This document shows positions 63,265 through 64,000 of a stretch of 64,000 bases of DNA, piece by piece. The translations under genes were made by a program, and so were the position numbers. The notes beneath the pieces were generated by a model that was not told where the DNA came from, ran no database searches, and saw only the letters and a program-made list of their open reading frames with translations. The stretch covers positions 21,982 to 85,981 of the forward strand of contig CAVGUA010000109.1 of assembly GCA_963632335.1 (NCBI GenBank), read 5' to 3'. Every line of letters starts with the position of its first letter. Position 1 is the first letter of the stretch. Origin of the DNA: Parabacteroides goldsteinii (GTDB taxonomy: Bacteria; Bacillota_I; Bacilli_A; RFN20; CAG-826).

Positions 63265-63735
63265 TTATTTTATTTCAGCAAGATAATCGTCTATTCGACG
63301 AGACAAAAATTCTTGTAAAATTTTTATCTGTTCTGACATTTCAGAAATTTGATTTTGCAACTATTTATTCTATTCCTTTAGCTGTTCATTCTATTCCTAT
63401 AATGTTTTAACCTATTCCTACAACATTTTATTCTGCTGTTGAGTAATCTAATTTTGTGTTGTTAGATTAGTTATCTATGCTTTAAATTCAACATTCTATT
63501 CTCTTAATTCGTCAAGTTGTTTGTCTAATGATTGATTTTGCTAAATTTTTAAATCGAGATTGCGCATGCTATCTTCGTGCAGTTTTTGATAAATCTCCAT
63601 TTGTTTAGCCATATTAGCCAAATCGCTACTCTTTACTTCTGATTTGTATTTTGCCCGTGTAAAAATAAAAGATACAAAGCCAGTACCCAATGCAGACAAA
63701 ATACTTATTATAATTGCTGAGACGGAATTAATCAT
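63265..63735 (-). CDS. 156-aa N-terminal transmembrane plus Gln/Glu coiled-coil protein (holin/spanin-like topology)
   Basis: Fragment 63541..63735 was read through 10 TAG to TAA at 63265-63267. The transmembrane stretch is SAIIISILSALGTGFVSFIF. The coiled coil reads ...QEQVKTLQEQNEQLKEQNKQLQNQ... Confidence 0.7.
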
Positions 63736-64000
63736 GACTAAAAAACTTCTTTATCTTTTTATATATTTTAATATACCACGGAGTTTTTAACTCTTGTATT
63801 TCTGAGGTTAATATTCTAATTGCCTATAAGGCTACTATTGATAACTTTGCATAATCAACACTTAAAAACTAATCTTCATTAACAATACTTGGGATTATTT
63901 TTTGCACTTGTTGCGCAACGGTTCCTATCTAAATGCCTTGCTTTGGATTTTTCTTCCAAATAAACCGTTTTAATGGTATTGAATTTATTTGTTCAAGTGT
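63728..64000 (-). CDS. C-terminus of a tail fibre/spike with peptidase-S74 intramolecular chaperone domain (5' part outside window)
   Basis: The frame is open from 64000 to TAA at 63728-63730 with three in-frame TAG. The sequence ...RFIWKKNPKQGIQIGTVAQQVQKIIPSIVNEDQFLSVDYAKLSIVALQAIRILTSEIQELK matches the S74 pattern (G.iAQeV..v.P..V....l.vdY.kl....i.AiqeL). Confidence 0.7.

Noticed and set aside
1-64000. The fragmented ORFs might mean a decayed prophage full of pseudogenes or a poor assembly.
   Set aside because: The interruptions are almost exclusively TAG. They keep the frame for kilobases and fall on conserved Gln positions. Genes still end cleanly in TAA/TGA with coupled starts, a pattern that random decay would not produce.
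1-64000. TGA (or TAA) might also be reassigned.
   Set aside because: I saw no in-frame TGA or TAA in any merged gene. TGA also takes part in classic ATGA/GTGA stop-start overlaps (51883, 60021, 60779).
1-64000. CRISPR arrays, a DGR (reverse transcriptase plus template repeat), inteins, integrase/transposase, rRNA.
   Set aside because: I saw no spaced direct repeats, no reverse transcriptase or recombinase motifs in the translated genes, and no in-frame insertions with intein termini. The only mobile element supported is the intron plus endonuclease.

Overview
AT-rich 64-kb window that reads as the late/structural arm of a crAss-like (Crassvirales-type) phage. Almost all of it is transcribed on the minus strand. 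The six-frame track looks shattered because nearly every minus-strand fragment ends in TAG (plus-strand 'cta'). Reading TAG as a sense codon (Gln) fuses the fragments into about 40 tightly packed genes that end in TAA or TGA, many with TAATG/ATGA/GTGA stop-start overlaps. Transcription order (64000 -> 1):
- C-terminus of a tail fibre with a peptidase-S74 chaperone domain, then small membrane/coiled-coil and unknown proteins, an HTH protein and an acidic scaffold-like protein.
- A putative major capsid protein split by a ~1.1-kb group-I-like intron carrying a GIY-YIG homing endonuclease, then three abundant-looking virion proteins and a GH73-type peptidoglycan hydrolase.
- Portal, an 856-aa collagen-like tail fibre and further tail proteins.
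- A two-gene plus-strand island (Cys-rich protein plus PD-(D/E)xK nuclease).
- A ~37-kb train of eight genes with proteins of 1,325, 2,242, 1,818, 3,657 and >2,160 aa. The 3,657-aa protein carries a RecD/Dda-like SF1 helicase core.
Nine hairpin+T-run terminators partition the minus-strand transcript. I found no tRNA, rRNA, CRISPR array, integrase or transposase. All coordinates come from hand translation. Stop codons are firm, starts may be off by one candidate ATG, and functions rest on motifs recalled from memory, not on searches.
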